Origin: Pseudomonadota bacterium
GTDB taxonomy: Bacteria > Pseudomonadota > Gammaproteobacteria > Ga0077536
DNA: 39,189 nt
Reading direction: 5' to 3'
Assembly (NCBI GenBank): GCA_043756885.1
Contig: JAYUQF010000161.1
Span: 1-39,189, forward strand
How positions within the stretch are numbered: position 1 is the stretch's first letter; each line of letters starts with the position of its first letter. Position numbers and translations under genes: made by a program. A model generated the notes under the pieces. That model had not been told where the DNA came from. It saw only the letters and a list, made by a program, of their open reading frames with translations, and ran no database searches. This document shows positions 10,059 to 20,096 of the stretch, piece after piece.

Positions 10059-10817
10059 CTAATAGACGCGCAGAACCGCGCCGTGATCTTGATCCTCGAT
10101 GTAATCCTCGTAGCCGTCGCCGGGCGGGTTGCCGTCGTAGATGTCGTATTCGCGCTGCTGGCGCCAGGCTTCACGGACGAAGGTGTAGGGGTCCAGTGCC
10201 GCCTGATCTCGAATGCGCGAGGCGTCGAGTAGATTGGCGCGGGCATTAACCACGCTGACAACGCCGGCAGGAATCGTCACCACTGAGGCGAAATAGGTCA
10301 GGGGATTAAGCAATAAACTCATCACTGGCGAGGTCACATCTCGCGCTGAACTTGGTCCCATCAGCGGCAGCATGAGGTACGTGCCTTCTTTGGCGCCCCA
10401 TTTGCCAAAAGTCTGGCCGAGGTCTTCACTGTTTTGTTTTAACCCCATGCTCGTCGCCGGGTCGAACAAGCCACCGATGCCGATAGTGCTGTTAACCAGG
10501 AATCGCCCGGAATCGTGCGCTGTCTGTCCAAACTTGCCCTGCAGCAAATCGTTCGCAATGGTATTCAGATAACCGGTATTGTCGAAGAAGTTCGTAATGC
10601 CGCTGCGAACCGGACTCGGCGTGTACTGCGCGTATTTTTTTGCCACTGGCTCAAAAAAACTTTTGTCCAGCGTGTCATTGAATGAATAGACCTTGCGGTT
10701 CACATTCTCGTAGGGATCGCCATTGTTTTTGGCGATGTCGGTTGACGCGCATCCGGCGAGAGTAAGCAGGACTAGGGTCGCAGGAATCAGGCGCGACAGT
10801 GCACTGAACTCAGTCAT
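10059..10817 (-). CDS. mlaA: VacJ/MlaA-family outer-membrane lipoprotein
   Basis: Lipobox LAGC; motifs DPYENVNR..FND, RFLVNSTIGIGGLFDPA, EDLGQT and YLMLPLMGPS. Start placed at ATG 10817. Confidence 0.88.
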   Translation of the reverse strand: MTEFSALSRLIPATLVLLTLAGCASTDIAKNNGDPYENVNRKVYSFNDTLDKSFFEPVAKKYAQYTPSPVRSGITNFFDNTGYLNTIANDLLQGKFGQTAHDSGRFLVNSTIGIGGLFDPATSMGLKQNSEDLGQTFGKWGAKEGTYLMLPLMGPSSARDVTSPVMSLLLNPLTYFASVVTIPAGVVSVVNARANLLDASRIRDQAALDPYTFVREAWRQQREYDIYDGNPPGDGYEDYIEDQDHGAVLRVY

Positions 10818-10902
10818 GTTGGAAGTTCCACAGGCTTGGAAAAATCGTGGTGGATATTGCCACACTCGTTGTTAATCCGCACTAAGGCCGGCACCTGACC
10901 GC

Positions 10903-11505
10903 CTACGAACCCTTACCCATTTCAGCGGTCTTTTTTTCCAGGCGGTTAATCAGGGAATCAAAGCCTTCGCTCTTGATAACGGCCGTGTAGTCGGCGCGCT
11001 TGAGCGACAGGTCTGAAACACCCTGGGCGACCACGTTCATAATGCGCCAGCCATCGTGGCCCTGGCGCAACAGGTAATTGAGGGTCACGGGCTCGCCCTT
11101 GGCCGGACGCAGGGTAGTACGCACGATAAGCGCTTCGTGATCAGCTTCGCTACCCTCAGTCTGAAATTTTTCGCCGGAAAAGCTCGAAAAATTACTGGCA
11201 TAAGTCGCTACGCTGAGCGTCTTAAAGGCACTCGTGAAGCGCGATTTCTGTTCATCACTAGCGCTTTTCCAGTAGCGGCCGGTGACAATGCGGCAAATCG
11301 ATCCAAAATCAAAACTGCTCTCTATCACCGGCGCCAGCAATTCTTCTCGACCCTTCAAGCCGAGCTGGGCGCCGCCACGCATGGCCGTGAGCAGCGACTC
11401 GTGCAGTTTTTCAACGACGGCTTTGGCCTCGCTGTCATCAACTGCCGCAGCGAGGCAGGAGAACAGCATCAGCGTTGTGACTACGGCTAGTTTCAGTGCT
11501 TGCAT
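10903..11505 (-). CDS. hpnM: Hopanoid-associated MlaC/Ttg2D-family periplasmic protein HpnM
   Basis: Signal peptide, SFDF..I..I.TGRYW and WRIMNVVAQGVSDLSLKRADY; hopanoid gene context. Start placed at ATG 11505. Confidence 0.8.
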   Translation of the reverse strand: MQALKLAVVTTLMLFSCLAAAVDDSEAKAVVEKLHESLLTAMRGGAQLGLKGREELLAPVIESSFDFGSICRIVTGRYWKSASDEQKSRFTSAFKTLSVATYASNFSSFSGEKFQTEGSEADHEALIVRTTLRPAKGEPVTLNYLLRQGHDGWRIMNVVAQGVSDLSLKRADYTAVIKSEGFDSLINRLEKKTAEMGKGS

Positions 11506-11640
11506 TACTAGTTTTATCCTGGTGAGTCGCAGGGCGCGCGCTGGAGCGGGGCGATGCGACAGGGCGTGTCGTTTGTTAAGTTTGAGCAACTGCGGCATCG
11601 ATGTTCGATAATCCGCATCGACAGCTGCGTGCCAGCCATT

Positions 11641-12756
11641 TCAAGTCTTTTCGTAGCTGCGATTCTTCCAGCGGCTGCGCTCTCCTGACCAGTAACGCCA
11701 GGCCGAGGTCCAGGTCATCGCCAGAAACAGGCAGGCTGCGACGCTTAAGGACATTACCCACCATGGACGCAGGCCGTAGTATTTGACGGTCGGCCAATAG
11801 GACACGCTCATGGCAAACAAAGCTACTACCCCGGCAAGCATTGTTGTTGGCGCTCCACTGCACAGCCCAACCCACGGCACGATAAAACTCAGGCCGAGCA
11901 TACTCGAACAAATCGCCAGCAGCGCATTGGAATAGCGCAGTTGCGTGAAGGCCGTACGGGCCACCATGTTCCAGATATTGCTCAAGGTCTCATAGGGACG
12001 AATAGCGCGAACGTGGCGGCTCAAACCCAGCCAAGTGCGCCCACCATGACGCTTTACCCGTTGTGCGAGTGTGCAGTCGTCGATGATGGCGCCGCGCAGG
12101 GCTTCAAAGCCACCGATAGCGCGCAGCATATCGGTGCGCAGCAACACACAGCCGCCGGCAGCAGCGGCAATCGGTGAACGTGGCCGATTGGACAAGGCAA
12201 ACGGATAAATAAGCTTAAAAAAGTAAATGAACGGCGCCAGTAGAAGCTTTTCCCAAGCGTTGCCCATATGCAGGCTCGCCATCACCGACGCAAGCGCCAG
12301 CATATTGTCGGTCATATGGTTCTTGAGCGCGCCGAGCGTGCCGGCGGCAAGTTCAATGTCGGCGTCGAGCAGCAAGGTGTAGGGCGTCTCGACTTCGATC
12401 GACGCCTGCTGCAGCGCCCACAGTTTGCCACTCCAACCGGCCGGCAGCGGTGTGCCATCAAGAACCTGCAGATTTGTCAGACCCAAACTGCGAGCTACCG
12501 CGCCGGTGCCATCGCTACTTTGGTCATCGACCATCACAATTTTTGCGATGTTGCCCTGGGTGGCGAGCGCACGCAGGGTGGCGGCGATGCAACTGGCTTC
12601 GTCGCGGGCGGGGATCAGCACAGTGATGTCGGTAAGGCCTACTGGTGGGGCGCCCGGTAAAACTTTTAAATTTTCGGCAGTCGACCACGGCCGCCAAGGG
12701 AGTGCCAGGAGGGTCAGCCACAGCAAAGCTGATAAAGCTGTTGCAGTCAAAAGCAT
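11641..12756 (-). CDS. hpnB: Hopene-associated GT2 glycosyltransferase
   Basis: Motifs VLIPARDEA, VDDQSSDGT, GWSGKLWAL, DAD, IIDDCTLA and WNMVARTAFTQLRYS; C-terminal transmembrane helices. Confidence 0.85.
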   Translation of the reverse strand: MLLTATALSALLWLTLLALPWRPWSTAENLKVLPGAPPVGLTDITVLIPARDEASCIAATLRALATQGNIAKIVMVDDQSSDGTGAVARSLGLTNLQVLDGTPLPAGWSGKLWALQQASIEVETPYTLLLDADIELAAGTLGALKNHMTDNMLALASVMASLHMGNAWEKLLLAPFIYFFKLIYPFALSNRPRSPIAAAAGGCVLLRTDMLRAIGGFEALRGAIIDDCTLAQRVKRHGGRTWLGLSRHVRAIRPYETLSNIWNMVARTAFTQLRYSNALLAICSSMLGLSFIVPWVGLCSGAPTTMLAGVVALFAMSVSYWPTVKYYGLRPWWVMSLSVAACLFLAMTWTSAWRYWSGERSRWKNRSYEKT

Positions 12757-12819
12757 AAGAAGCTTGTCAGCATGCGTAGCCGCGCGAGCACAACTCGACG
12801 CGGCAACCTACGCATTTAC

Positions 12820-13950
12820 TCAGGCGACGCGTTTAGTGCCGCAACTGGCGCCACTGGCTTCACCGGACACTACGAGTCGCGGTTTGCTTGCGGAATCTTG
12901 TTCGTATGTGAACGGCAGCTCGGGCGCCATCGGGCCGTCGATACGCGGCCCGAACAATGCCACGCGCGCCGCTTTCAGGGGATTGGCAAACGTATCGTCG
13001 ACAGCGGTCATTTCGTAACCGCAATGCATCATGCAGTTGTCGCACTTCGGATTACGACCGGTGCCGTACTTTTCCCATGGCGTATCGTCGATCAGCGCTC
13101 GATAGCTGGGTGCATAACCTTCACCGACCAGCAGGTAGCAGGGTTTTTGCCAGCCAAACACATTACGCGTTACGGCGCCCCACGGGGTGCATTCATAAGT
13201 CTGGTTGCCGGCCAGGAAATCCAGATACATCGACGACTGGTTGAAGCGCCACTGACGGCCTTTCCCAAGACGGAAAATGTCGCGGAACAACTGCTTGCTG
13301 CGCTGCCGACCCATGAACACGTCCTGCTGCGGAGCGCGCTCATAGTTGTAGCCCGGCGCCATCGTCACACCTTCAAGCTCCAGCGCCATCATCTCATCCA
13401 TGAAGAGCGCCACTTCTTCGGGGGTTTCGCCCTGGAATAAAGTGCAATTGGCAGTAACGCGGAAACCGCGCGCCAGCGCCTTTTTTATGACCTCGATGCA
13501 CTTGTCGTAAACGCCATCACGGCACACCGAAGCATCATGGCGGGTACGGCCACCGTCAAGGTGAATAGAAAAGGTCAGATAAGGGCTAGGCTCGAACTCG
13601 TCCATTTTTTTGTCGAGCAGCAGCGCATTTGTACAAAGGTAAACAAACTTCTTCCGTTCGATGAAACCTTGCGCGATGCGCACGATGTCTTTGTGGATCA
13701 GGGGTTCACCGCCAGCGATAGAGACGACAGGCGCACCGCACTCGTCGATCGAGCGCATGCAATCTTCAAAGGACAGGCGCTTGTCGAGAATTTCATCGGG
13801 GTAATCGATCTTGCCGCAGCCTGCACAGGCAAGATTGCACCGGAACAATGGTTCCAACATCAGCACCAGCGGGTAACGCTTGATGCCCTTGAGCTTTTGC
13901 CCAAGGATATATCGACCGACGCGATACTGCTGAATGAGAGGAACGGACAT
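12820..13950 (-). CDS. hpnH: Adenosylhopane synthase (radical SAM)
   Basis: PLVLMLEPLFRCNLACAGCGKIDYP (CxxxCxxC), GGEPL, GWQKPCYL and CDNCMMHCGYE. Confidence 0.95.
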   Translation of the reverse strand: MSVPLIQQYRVGRYILGQKLKGIKRYPLVLMLEPLFRCNLACAGCGKIDYPDEILDKRLSFEDCMRSIDECGAPVVSIAGGEPLIHKDIVRIAQGFIERKKFVYLCTNALLLDKKMDEFEPSPYLTFSIHLDGGRTRHDASVCRDGVYDKCIEVIKKALARGFRVTANCTLFQGETPEEVALFMDEMMALELEGVTMAPGYNYERAPQQDVFMGRQRSKQLFRDIFRLGKGRQWRFNQSSMYLDFLAGNQTYECTPWGAVTRNVFGWQKPCYLLVGEGYAPSYRALIDDTPWEKYGTGRNPKCDNCMMHCGYEMTAVDDTFANPLKAARVALFGPRIDGPMAPELPFTYEQDSASKPRLVVSGEASGASCGTKRVA

Positions 13951-13984
13951 GCTTAAACCCTATAAATTAAACAGGTATTTCTTT

Positions 13985-14017
13985 TTGTGTTTCAAATAAT
14001 TGCAGTTTGAAGCACAA
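13985..14017. promoter_or_regulatory. 12-bp imperfect inverted repeat upstream of hpnH (operator or 5' UTR hairpin)
   Basis: TTGTGTTTCAAA-N9-TTTGAAGCACAA (11/12 match) in an AT-rich region; a minus-strand -10-like TAAGGT lies at plus 14027-14032. Confidence 0.45.
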
Positions 14018-14115
14018 TGGCGCGCAACCTTACTGTAACGATGTAAAAAAGTACAGACCCATGGTCGGAACCTGGACGGATTTGGGCGCGAGGCGCAGCG
14101 CAGATCAAGCCCAAT

Positions 14116-14180
14116 CTAGCAGCCTGTCGGACTTAGGGAATCGTCGCAGCAGATTCGTCCTAAGTTCGACAGGCTGCTAG
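14116..14180. repeat. 65-bp palindromic MITE/REP-like element bounded by CTAG
   Basis: Arms CTAGCAGCCTGTCGGACTTAGG (14116-14137) and CCTAAGTTCGACAGGCTGCTAG (14159-14180) match 21/22; inner GAATC/GATTC can also pair. Confidence 0.7.
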
Positions 14181-14226
14181 CGTCCGCCTTTGCTGTTCCC
14201 CTTAATTTCAAGTACGCCCGAGTTGG

Positions 14227-14256
14227 CTTGTAAGTCATCCACGCGCTCCCCATAAT
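14227..14256 (+). promoter_or_regulatory. Putative dxs promoter (sigma70-like, overlapping a sigma32-like motif)
   Basis: TTGTAA-N17-CATAAT; the same bases also read CTTGTA-N15-CCCCAT. Confidence 0.55.
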
Positions 14257-14300
14257 CCGCGGCCCTCGGGGTTGCTTGTAGCGGTGAGAATCGACTCTCC

Positions 14301-16196
14301 ATGACACAAAGTTCGCATTACCCACTGCTCGATAAGATTGACCTTCCCGCCGACCTGCGTGCACTGCCTGAGTCGGCTCTGGAACAGGTTGCTGCCGAGG
14401 TTCGCGCCTTTCTTTTGGAATCAGTCAGCAGCAGCGGTGGTCATTTCGCCGCTGGTTTGGGTTCGGTCGAGCTCACGGTGGCTCTGCATTACCTGTACAA
14501 CACACCGGAAGATCGCATCGTGTGGGATGTTGGTCATCAAGCTTACCCACATAAGATTCTTACCGGCCGCAAAGACCGCTTGCACACCATCCGCAAAGCC
14601 CGCGGCCTGGCCCCTTTTCCCAAGCGCGAAGAGAGCGTTTACGACACCTTTAGTGTCGGCCATTCGAGCACATCTATTAGCGCCGCCCTGGGCATGGCCA
14701 TTGCCGCCAAATTGACCGGCTCCAATCGGCGCGCAGTGGCCGTTATTGGCGATGGCGCCATGACCGCTGGTGTGGCCTTCGAGGCCTTGAACCACGCTGG
14801 AGATCGCGACACAGATCTGCTGGTGATCTTGAACGACAACAACATGTCGATTTCACCCAACGTGGGTGCCTTATCAAATCGGTTTGCACAGATACTCTCG
14901 GGTAAGCTCTACACCACGGTGCGCGAAGGCAGCAAGAAGGTTCTGTCGCAAATGCCGTCGGTGTGGGAACTGGCGCGCCGCGCCGAAGAGCACGTGAAAG
15001 GCTTGATCGTACCGGGTACGTTGTTTGAAGAGTTCGGTTTTAATTACATCGGACCGATCGACGGCCACGACATGGACGCTCTGTTGCACACCCTGCGTAA
15101 CGTCCAGCATCTGCGCGGGCCGCAGCTTTTGCATGTGATCACCAAAAAGGGCAAAGGCTACGCACCGGCTGAAGCCGACCCGGTCAAGTATCACGGTGTC
15201 AGTCCCTTCGATCCACAGCAGGGTATTGTTGTTTCGGGCAAAAAGCCGGCACTCAATTACAGCGATATCTTTGGTAACTGGATCTGCGACATGGCGGCGG
15301 CTGACCGTCGACTGGTCGCAATCACGCCGGCGATGCGTGAAGGCTCAGGACTTGTGCGTTACGAGCGCGAATACCCGCAACGCTATTTCGACGTTGCTAT
15401 TGCCGAGCAGCATAGTGTCAACGTCGCTGCGGGCATGGCTTGTGATGGCTTAAAACCCGTGGTGGCAATCTATTCGACCTTTTTGCAGCGTGGTTACGAT
15501 CAAGTCATTCACGATGTCGCCAACCAGAATCTGCCCGTGCTGTTCGCCCTCGATCGGGCCGGCCTGGTGGGTGCTGATGGTCCAACGCATAACGGCAGCT
15601 ACGACATCTCCTTCATGCGTTGCCTGCCCAACATGACCGTGATGACACCGTCGGACGAAAACGAATGTCGGCAGATGCTCTTCACCGGCTTCACACTCGA
15701 TGGTCCTGCGGCCGTGCGATACCCGCGCGGCACGGGCCCGGGTGTGGCGATTGAACAGGAAATGCGTGCTTTGCCATTGGGCAAAGCCGAACTGCGCCGA
15801 CGCGGGCGTCGTGTTGCGGTGCTGGCGTTTGGCGTGATGCTTGCGCCCGCATTGGAAGTGGCAGAAATGCTTGATTTGACGGTAGTCAATATGCGTTTTG
15901 TCAAACCGCTCGACGAGGCCATGGTGTTGGAGATAGCGCACAGTCACGAGCTCTTGGTGACCTTCGAAGAGAACGTCGTGGCTGGCGGCGCGGGCAGCGC
16001 TGTGAACGAATGTCTGGCAGCCCACGGCGTGCAAGTTACGATCGCCAACTGCGGTCTGCCCGACCGACTTATTCAGCACGGTTCGCGCGAAGAGATGCTG
16101 ACCGACGCCGGCCTCGATGCTGCCGGCTTTGAGCAATTTGTGCGTACGCGTATTGCTGCGCTCGAACAGGCCGCGCCGGCTGCCCGGCGCGCTTGA
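14301..16196 (+). CDS. dxs: 1-deoxy-D-xylulose-5-phosphate synthase
   Basis: Motifs [29 protein letters not shown] motif GDGAMTAG...LNDN, IAEQH, YSTFLQR and DGPTH. Confidence 0.97.
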   Translation: MTQSSHYPLLDKIDLPADLRALPESALEQVAAEVRAFLLESVSSSGGHFAAGLGSVELTVALHYLYNTPEDRIVWDVGHQAYPHKILTGRKDRLHTIRKARGLAPFPKREESVYDTFSVGHSSTSISAALGMAIAAKLTGSNRRAVAVIGDGAMTAGVAFEALNHAGDRDTDLLVILNDNNMSISPNVGALSNRFAQILSGKLYTTVREGSKKVLSQMPSVWELARRAEEHVKGLIVPGTLFEEFGFNYIGPIDGHDMDALLHTLRNVQHLRGPQLLHVITKKGKGYAPAEADPVKYHGVSPFDPQQGIVVSGKKPALNYSDIFGNWICDMAAADRRLVAITPAMREGSGLVRYEREYPQRYFDVAIAEQHSVNVAAGMACDGLKPVVAIYSTFLQRGYDQVIHDVANQNLPVLFALDRAGLVGADGPTHNGSYDISFMRCLPNMTVMTPSDENECRQMLFTGFTLDGPAAVRYPRGTGPGVAIEQEMRALPLGKAELRRRGRRVAVLAFGVMLAPALEVAEMLDLTVVNMRFVKPLDEAMVLEIAHSHELLVTFEENVVAGGAGSAVNECLAAHGVQVTIANCGLPDRLIQHGSREEMLTDAGLDAAGFEQFVRTRIAALEQAAPAARRA

Positions 16197-16200
16197 GGGC

Positions 16201-17274
16201 TTAGCTCAGAACTTCCTGCAGCGCCCGGCACAGCCGGGCCAAATCGGTCGCCCCGATATCTCCCATTGCCGATATGCGGAACACCCGTTCAGATAAGGCG
16301 CCTTGGCCGGCATAAATGATGAAGCCGCGCGCCTTCAGCGCATCGTGCAGTGCTTGATAGGTACGACCCGCAGGAAGTTCAAACGCGTGCAATACGCACG
16401 AGGTTTCCTCTTCAGGCAACAGCGCGCGAACGCCCAATGCCTCAAGGGTCTTTCGAATTGTGGCCATACGCAGACGAAACAAGGCTTGGCGCGCAGGCCA
16501 TCCGCCGGCCTCAATAAATTCGTCTAAGGCCGCGTCCAGCGCATAAAAGGTCTGCACCGACTGTGTGAACGGTGTGCCGTGACCATCTTGACGTGCGACG
16601 TACTCACGCAGATCAAAATAGACCGAGCGTGTCACCTGTGCTTGTGCCAGCGCGCGACGATTGAGTACAACAAAAGCAGTACCCGGCACGCCATGCAGAC
16701 ATTTATTGGCGGTCGCCGCACAAGCCGCGATGCGCCAGCCACTGAAGTCCAGCTGTTCGGCGCCAAAACTGCTGACACCGTCGAGAAGTATTTGCGCATC
16801 GGTTTCGCGACACCGCGCCGCGAGTGCGGCCAGATCGTTCAAACGCCCAGTAGTCGTCTCGTGGTGCACGACGGCCAGGTGGCTATGGCGGTTCACCCGT
16901 AAGGCCTGGCTTATGGCATTCAGATCAAGGGCTCCACCCCAGGCCGTGGCCACACGCGTGGTGGCGATGCCATAAATCTCAGCGATACGTGTAATGCGCT
17001 CGCCGTAAACACCGTTTTCTACCACCAGCAATCGCCCATCGCGGGGCACCATACTGGCGATCATGGCTTCGACCGCCGCCGTACCCGAGCCAGTCAGCAG
17101 CGCGGCGGCCCAGTGGGCGGCAGGCAAGGAATATACCTCCAGCAGTTTGCGACGTAAGCCATCCTGCAGCGTCGCGAATTCGCTTTCGCGATGACAGAGA
17201 TCGGGGCCGAGTAAGGCGGCCCGCACCCGCTCGCTCAAGGTCACCGGCCCTGGATTGAGAAGTATGGTTCTCAT
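16201..17274 (-). CDS. aepZ: 2-aminoethylphosphonate aminotransferase (class V PLP; PhnW/AepZ family, biosynthetic context)
   Basis: Motifs LLNPGPV, GSGTAAVEA, NGVYGER, VHHETTTG, DGVSSFG and ANKCLHGVPG (PLP lysine); 4-bp overlap with the decarboxylase gene. Confidence 0.88.
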   Translation of the reverse strand: MRTILLNPGPVTLSERVRAALLGPDLCHRESEFATLQDGLRRKLLEVYSLPAAHWAAALLTGSGTAAVEAMIASMVPRDGRLLVVENGVYGERITRIAEIYGIATTRVATAWGGALDLNAISQALRVNRHSHLAVVHHETTTGRLNDLAALAARCRETDAQILLDGVSSFGAEQLDFSGWRIAACAATANKCLHGVPGTAFVVLNRRALAQAQVTRSVYFDLREYVARQDGHGTPFTQSVQTFYALDAALDEFIEAGGWPARQALFRLRMATIRKTLEALGVRALLPEEETSCVLHAFELPAGRTYQALHDALKARGFIIYAGQGALSERVFRISAMGDIGATDLARLCRALQEVLS

Positions 17275-18428
17275 GTAACGCTGCCGATGTGGCGCATGAA
17301 GCGTGCGCGTACTTCCGGCGGCGTAATGGCAGGGCGCGGCAGATCCTCGCGCGCGCCCGTTGCGATCTTCATATGGATGAAGCCGGTGGTGATGTTGTCG
17401 TGCTGTGCAAAGAAGTTATCAAGTTCCATCAGGTCGTCGCTACGCACCACGCGACCATAACCACAGGCCGCCGCCAGCGCGGCGAAGTCGGTGCTTGCTG
17501 ATACAGTTGCTTGTGCGCCGGTTGAGTCGTGGGCCTCGTTGTCCAGCACTACATGCATTAGATTGGGCGGTCGATAGGCGCCCAGCGTAGCGAGATTGCC
17601 CATGCGCATGAGCATCGCACCATCGCCGTCAATAACCAGCACGCGCAGGTCTGGCCGCGCTAATGCTAAACCCAGGCCCAGCGACGAAGCACATCCCATC
17701 GACCCCACCATATAAAAGTGCTGGGGCCGATCGGCCAAAGCATAAAGTTCGCGCCCGGTGAAGCCAGTGGTGGCAATGACGACCGTACGCCCATCGTTAC
17801 TCGCAGCAAGCACCCGTTCAAGCGCCGCGGCGCGACTGGCGCGTTGTGTCGCGCTGCGTTGATGACCGCTACCGGTCACGGTAACACTCGCGCGTGGCAA
17901 GGGTTTTGCACTTGCGCCCAAGGCGAATGTCTCGCAGGTGCCTTTGTGCATGATGAGGGCATACGGCAGTGAAGTGCTCAGCATATGCTGAGCGATGACA
18001 TCCAGTGCCGGCGCAACGGCCGCGATTTCACGCGGAAATGTCGCCCAGCTTATGCCCATGGTGTCAAATAACCGCTCCGTAATCGCGCCCATCAATTCGT
18101 GCTGAGGTTCATCGGCAACTCCCGGTGCGCCGCGATGGGTGCACACCACCAGGATTGGGATGCGAAAGGTATAAGTCAGCGAGGTAAGTGGACTGACGGC
18201 ATTACCCAAGCCCGAGTTCTGCATCATCGCGACCGACCGTTGACCACCCAGCCAGGCCCCGGCAGCGATCGCTACGGCGTCACCTTCATTGGCAGCAGAC
18301 AGGTAACGTAAACCCTGCGCACCGATCACGTAATTAATGAACGGTGTCAGAAATGAGCAAGGCACGCCGGCGTAACAATTAAACCCGTGGGCGCGGGCTG
18401 CATCGACAAAATCGCGAGCGTGAATCAC
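17271..18428 (-). CDS. aepY: Phosphonopyruvate decarboxylase
   Basis: Motifs GVPCSFL, AANEGDAVA, MQNSGLGNAVSPL, DEPQH, VGSMGCASS and TPP motif DGDGA...DNEAHDSTGAQ. Confidence 0.93.
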   Translation of the reverse strand: MIHARDFVDAARAHGFNCYAGVPCSFLTPFINYVIGAQGLRYLSAANEGDAVAIAAGAWLGGQRSVAMMQNSGLGNAVSPLTSLTYTFRIPILVVCTHRGAPGVADEPQHELMGAITERLFDTMGISWATFPREIAAVAPALDVIAQHMLSTSLPYALIMHKGTCETFALGASAKPLPRASVTVTGSGHQRSATQRASRAAALERVLAASNDGRTVVIATTGFTGRELYALADRPQHFYMVGSMGCASSLGLGLALARPDLRVLVIDGDGAMLMRMGNLATLGAYRPPNLMHVVLDNEAHDSTGAQATVSASTDFAALAAACGYGRVVRSDDLMELDNFFAQHDNITTGFIHMKIATGAREDLPRPAITPPEVRARFMRHIGSVT

Positions 18429-18440
18429 GGTAGACGACGC

Positions 18441-20096
18441 TCAGCGTTGGCCGGCCGTGAAGTGGCCGGCTTGTTCGAGATCCCGTAATGAATTGACATC
18501 GAGCCAGTGTCCGTGAATATAGATAACGCGCACCGGATGACCTTGCGCAACAATGTGATTGAGCAGGTCACCCATGCTCAATCGGGCAAAATCTGGCGAG
18601 CGCAGCAAATCGTCCAGTGCATGCTCCAGCCATTCACGACCGCGCGCGCGTGTACGCAGCATGCCTATCCAGCGGCCATGGCCTGTCATGCCCGGCTTGT
18701 CGTGCTCATCACTGATGTGTTCGAGCAACACGTCCTGACCCCATAACGAGCGGTCGTCGCCCAGACTGCAGTAGGCTAAATCGGGGGAGCGCTTACCGGG
18801 TTTATTGACGTACTGCGAGTCGACCACCACCGTCAGCTCGCGGTCTGATTCCATGAGGCCACGCAGCACATAGCTGCGAAAAAGAAGATCGCCATACATG
18901 ACAACCAGATCGTCGCGGAACAGATGACGCGCGCATTGCAGCGATGCAAGTTCGCCAGTGCTGGCATAGTGCGGATTGACCACGATATCGATGCCACCGA
19001 CATCAATGTGTTCGGCCTGATAACCGGCCACCACGACTACTGAATCGATGTGCTGCTTGCGACACCGGTCAACCAGACGCTTCAACAACGGTTTGCCGTT
19101 GACCGGCAACATGACTTTCGGACGGTCGCGGGTGAGGTCGTCCAGTCCTTCTCCGCGACTGGCGGCCAGCACGATGGCACGCGACTCACGGCGTGTCTCG
19201 TAAACATAACGACGCTCCGCTTGCGCGAGCTCATCGGCGCCCTGCAGGCGGAATATTTCCTTGACGCTGGCGATCTGATCCTCAACGGCGACCAGGGTCT
19301 GGTCAGCGTAGATTTGCCGCGCGGTCTCCTGCATCGCGTCGACCGCACTGCGGATCAGGTGATTGGCCCAGATTGCCAAACTCACGCGCGCCTCACGAAA
19401 TACCCCCGTCGGGGTGCTGTAGTACTTGGTCGGCACGATTACCAGGGGCGCGCGATTAGCCCACTCCCGTGCGAACTCGAGGATCTGATCCGGTGTAGAC
19501 CAGGCACTATGAATGAGGATCGCATCGGCCCCGGCAGCGTGATAAGCGCTGGCGCGCCGCAGTGCTTCGCGGGTGTCCCAGCCGGCAATATAAGCCTCAA
19601 TACGCGCCACCACGCAGAAGTCGTCGTCGTTCTGGGAATCCTTGCCGGCCGCAATCTTGCCGCAGAATTCGTCGATGTCAGCGAGTTCCTGGCGTTCGCC
19701 GTCAATAAAACTATTGGTCTTGGGAAAGAGTTTGTCCTCGATGCACACACCGGCGATACCGCGTTGCTCGAGTTTGCGCACCAGGCGACGCATGTTGTTG
19801 AAGTTGCCATAGCCGGTATCGCCGTCGAGCAAAATGGGGATGTGCGTGACATCGGCCATGAACTCAACCATGTCGACCACCTGGGTCCAGCTTGCCTCGT
19901 TGTTGTCGCGCACGCCAAATTGTGCAGACAAGGCCAGCCCGCTGGCCCAGATGCCTTTAAAGCCCGCTTCTTCGACGATGCGTGCACTGATGCCGTTATG
20001 CGCTTCGAGCATGAACTCGATCTCATTGCTGGCGAGCATGCGACGTAATTGCGTGGTTCTGCGCTGCTGCGCTGCGGGGTCGTGATCAGGAGACAT
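18441..20096 (-). CDS. pepM: Phosphoenolpyruvate mutase with a C-terminal nucleotidyltransferase domain
   Basis: PepM signature [10 protein letters not shown] plus DGDTGYG and IWANH; the C-terminal [27 protein letters not shown] matches an NTP-transferase domain. Confidence 0.95.
   Translation of the reverse strand: MSPDHDPAAQQRRTTQLRRMLASNEIEFMLEAHNGISARIVEEAGFKGIWASGLALSAQFGVRDNNEASWTQVVDMVEFMADVTHIPILLDGDTGYGNFNNMRRLVRKLEQRGIAGVCIEDKLFPKTNSFIDGERQELADIDEFCGKIAAGKDSQNDDDFCVVARIEAYIAGWDTREALRRASAYHAAGADAILIHSAWSTPDQILEFAREWANRAPLVIVPTKYYSTPTGVFREARVSLAIWANHLIRSAVDAMQETARQIYADQTLVAVEDQIASVKEIFRLQGADELAQAERRYVYETRRESRAIVLAASRGEGLDDLTRDRPKVMLPVNGKPLLKRLVDRCRKQHIDSVVVVAGYQAEHIDVGGIDIVVNPHYASTGELASLQCARHLFRDDLVVMYGDLLFRSYVLRGLMESDRELTVVVDSQYVNKPGKRSPDLAYCSLGDDRSLWGQDVLLEHISDEHDKPGMTGHGRWIGMLRTRARGREWLEHALDDLLRSPDFARLSMGDLLNHIVAQGHPVRVIYIHGHWLDVNSLRDLEQAGHFTAGQR

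Noticed and set aside
16201-17274. phnW as part of AEP catabolism
   Set aside because: No phnX, phnY/phnA or phosphonate transporter is present. The gene overlaps the decarboxylase downstream of pepM, so the context is biosynthetic.
19050-20048. 332-aa + strand ORF
   Set aside because: It is an antisense shadow of pepM with no recognisable motifs, as expected in GC-rich coding DNA.
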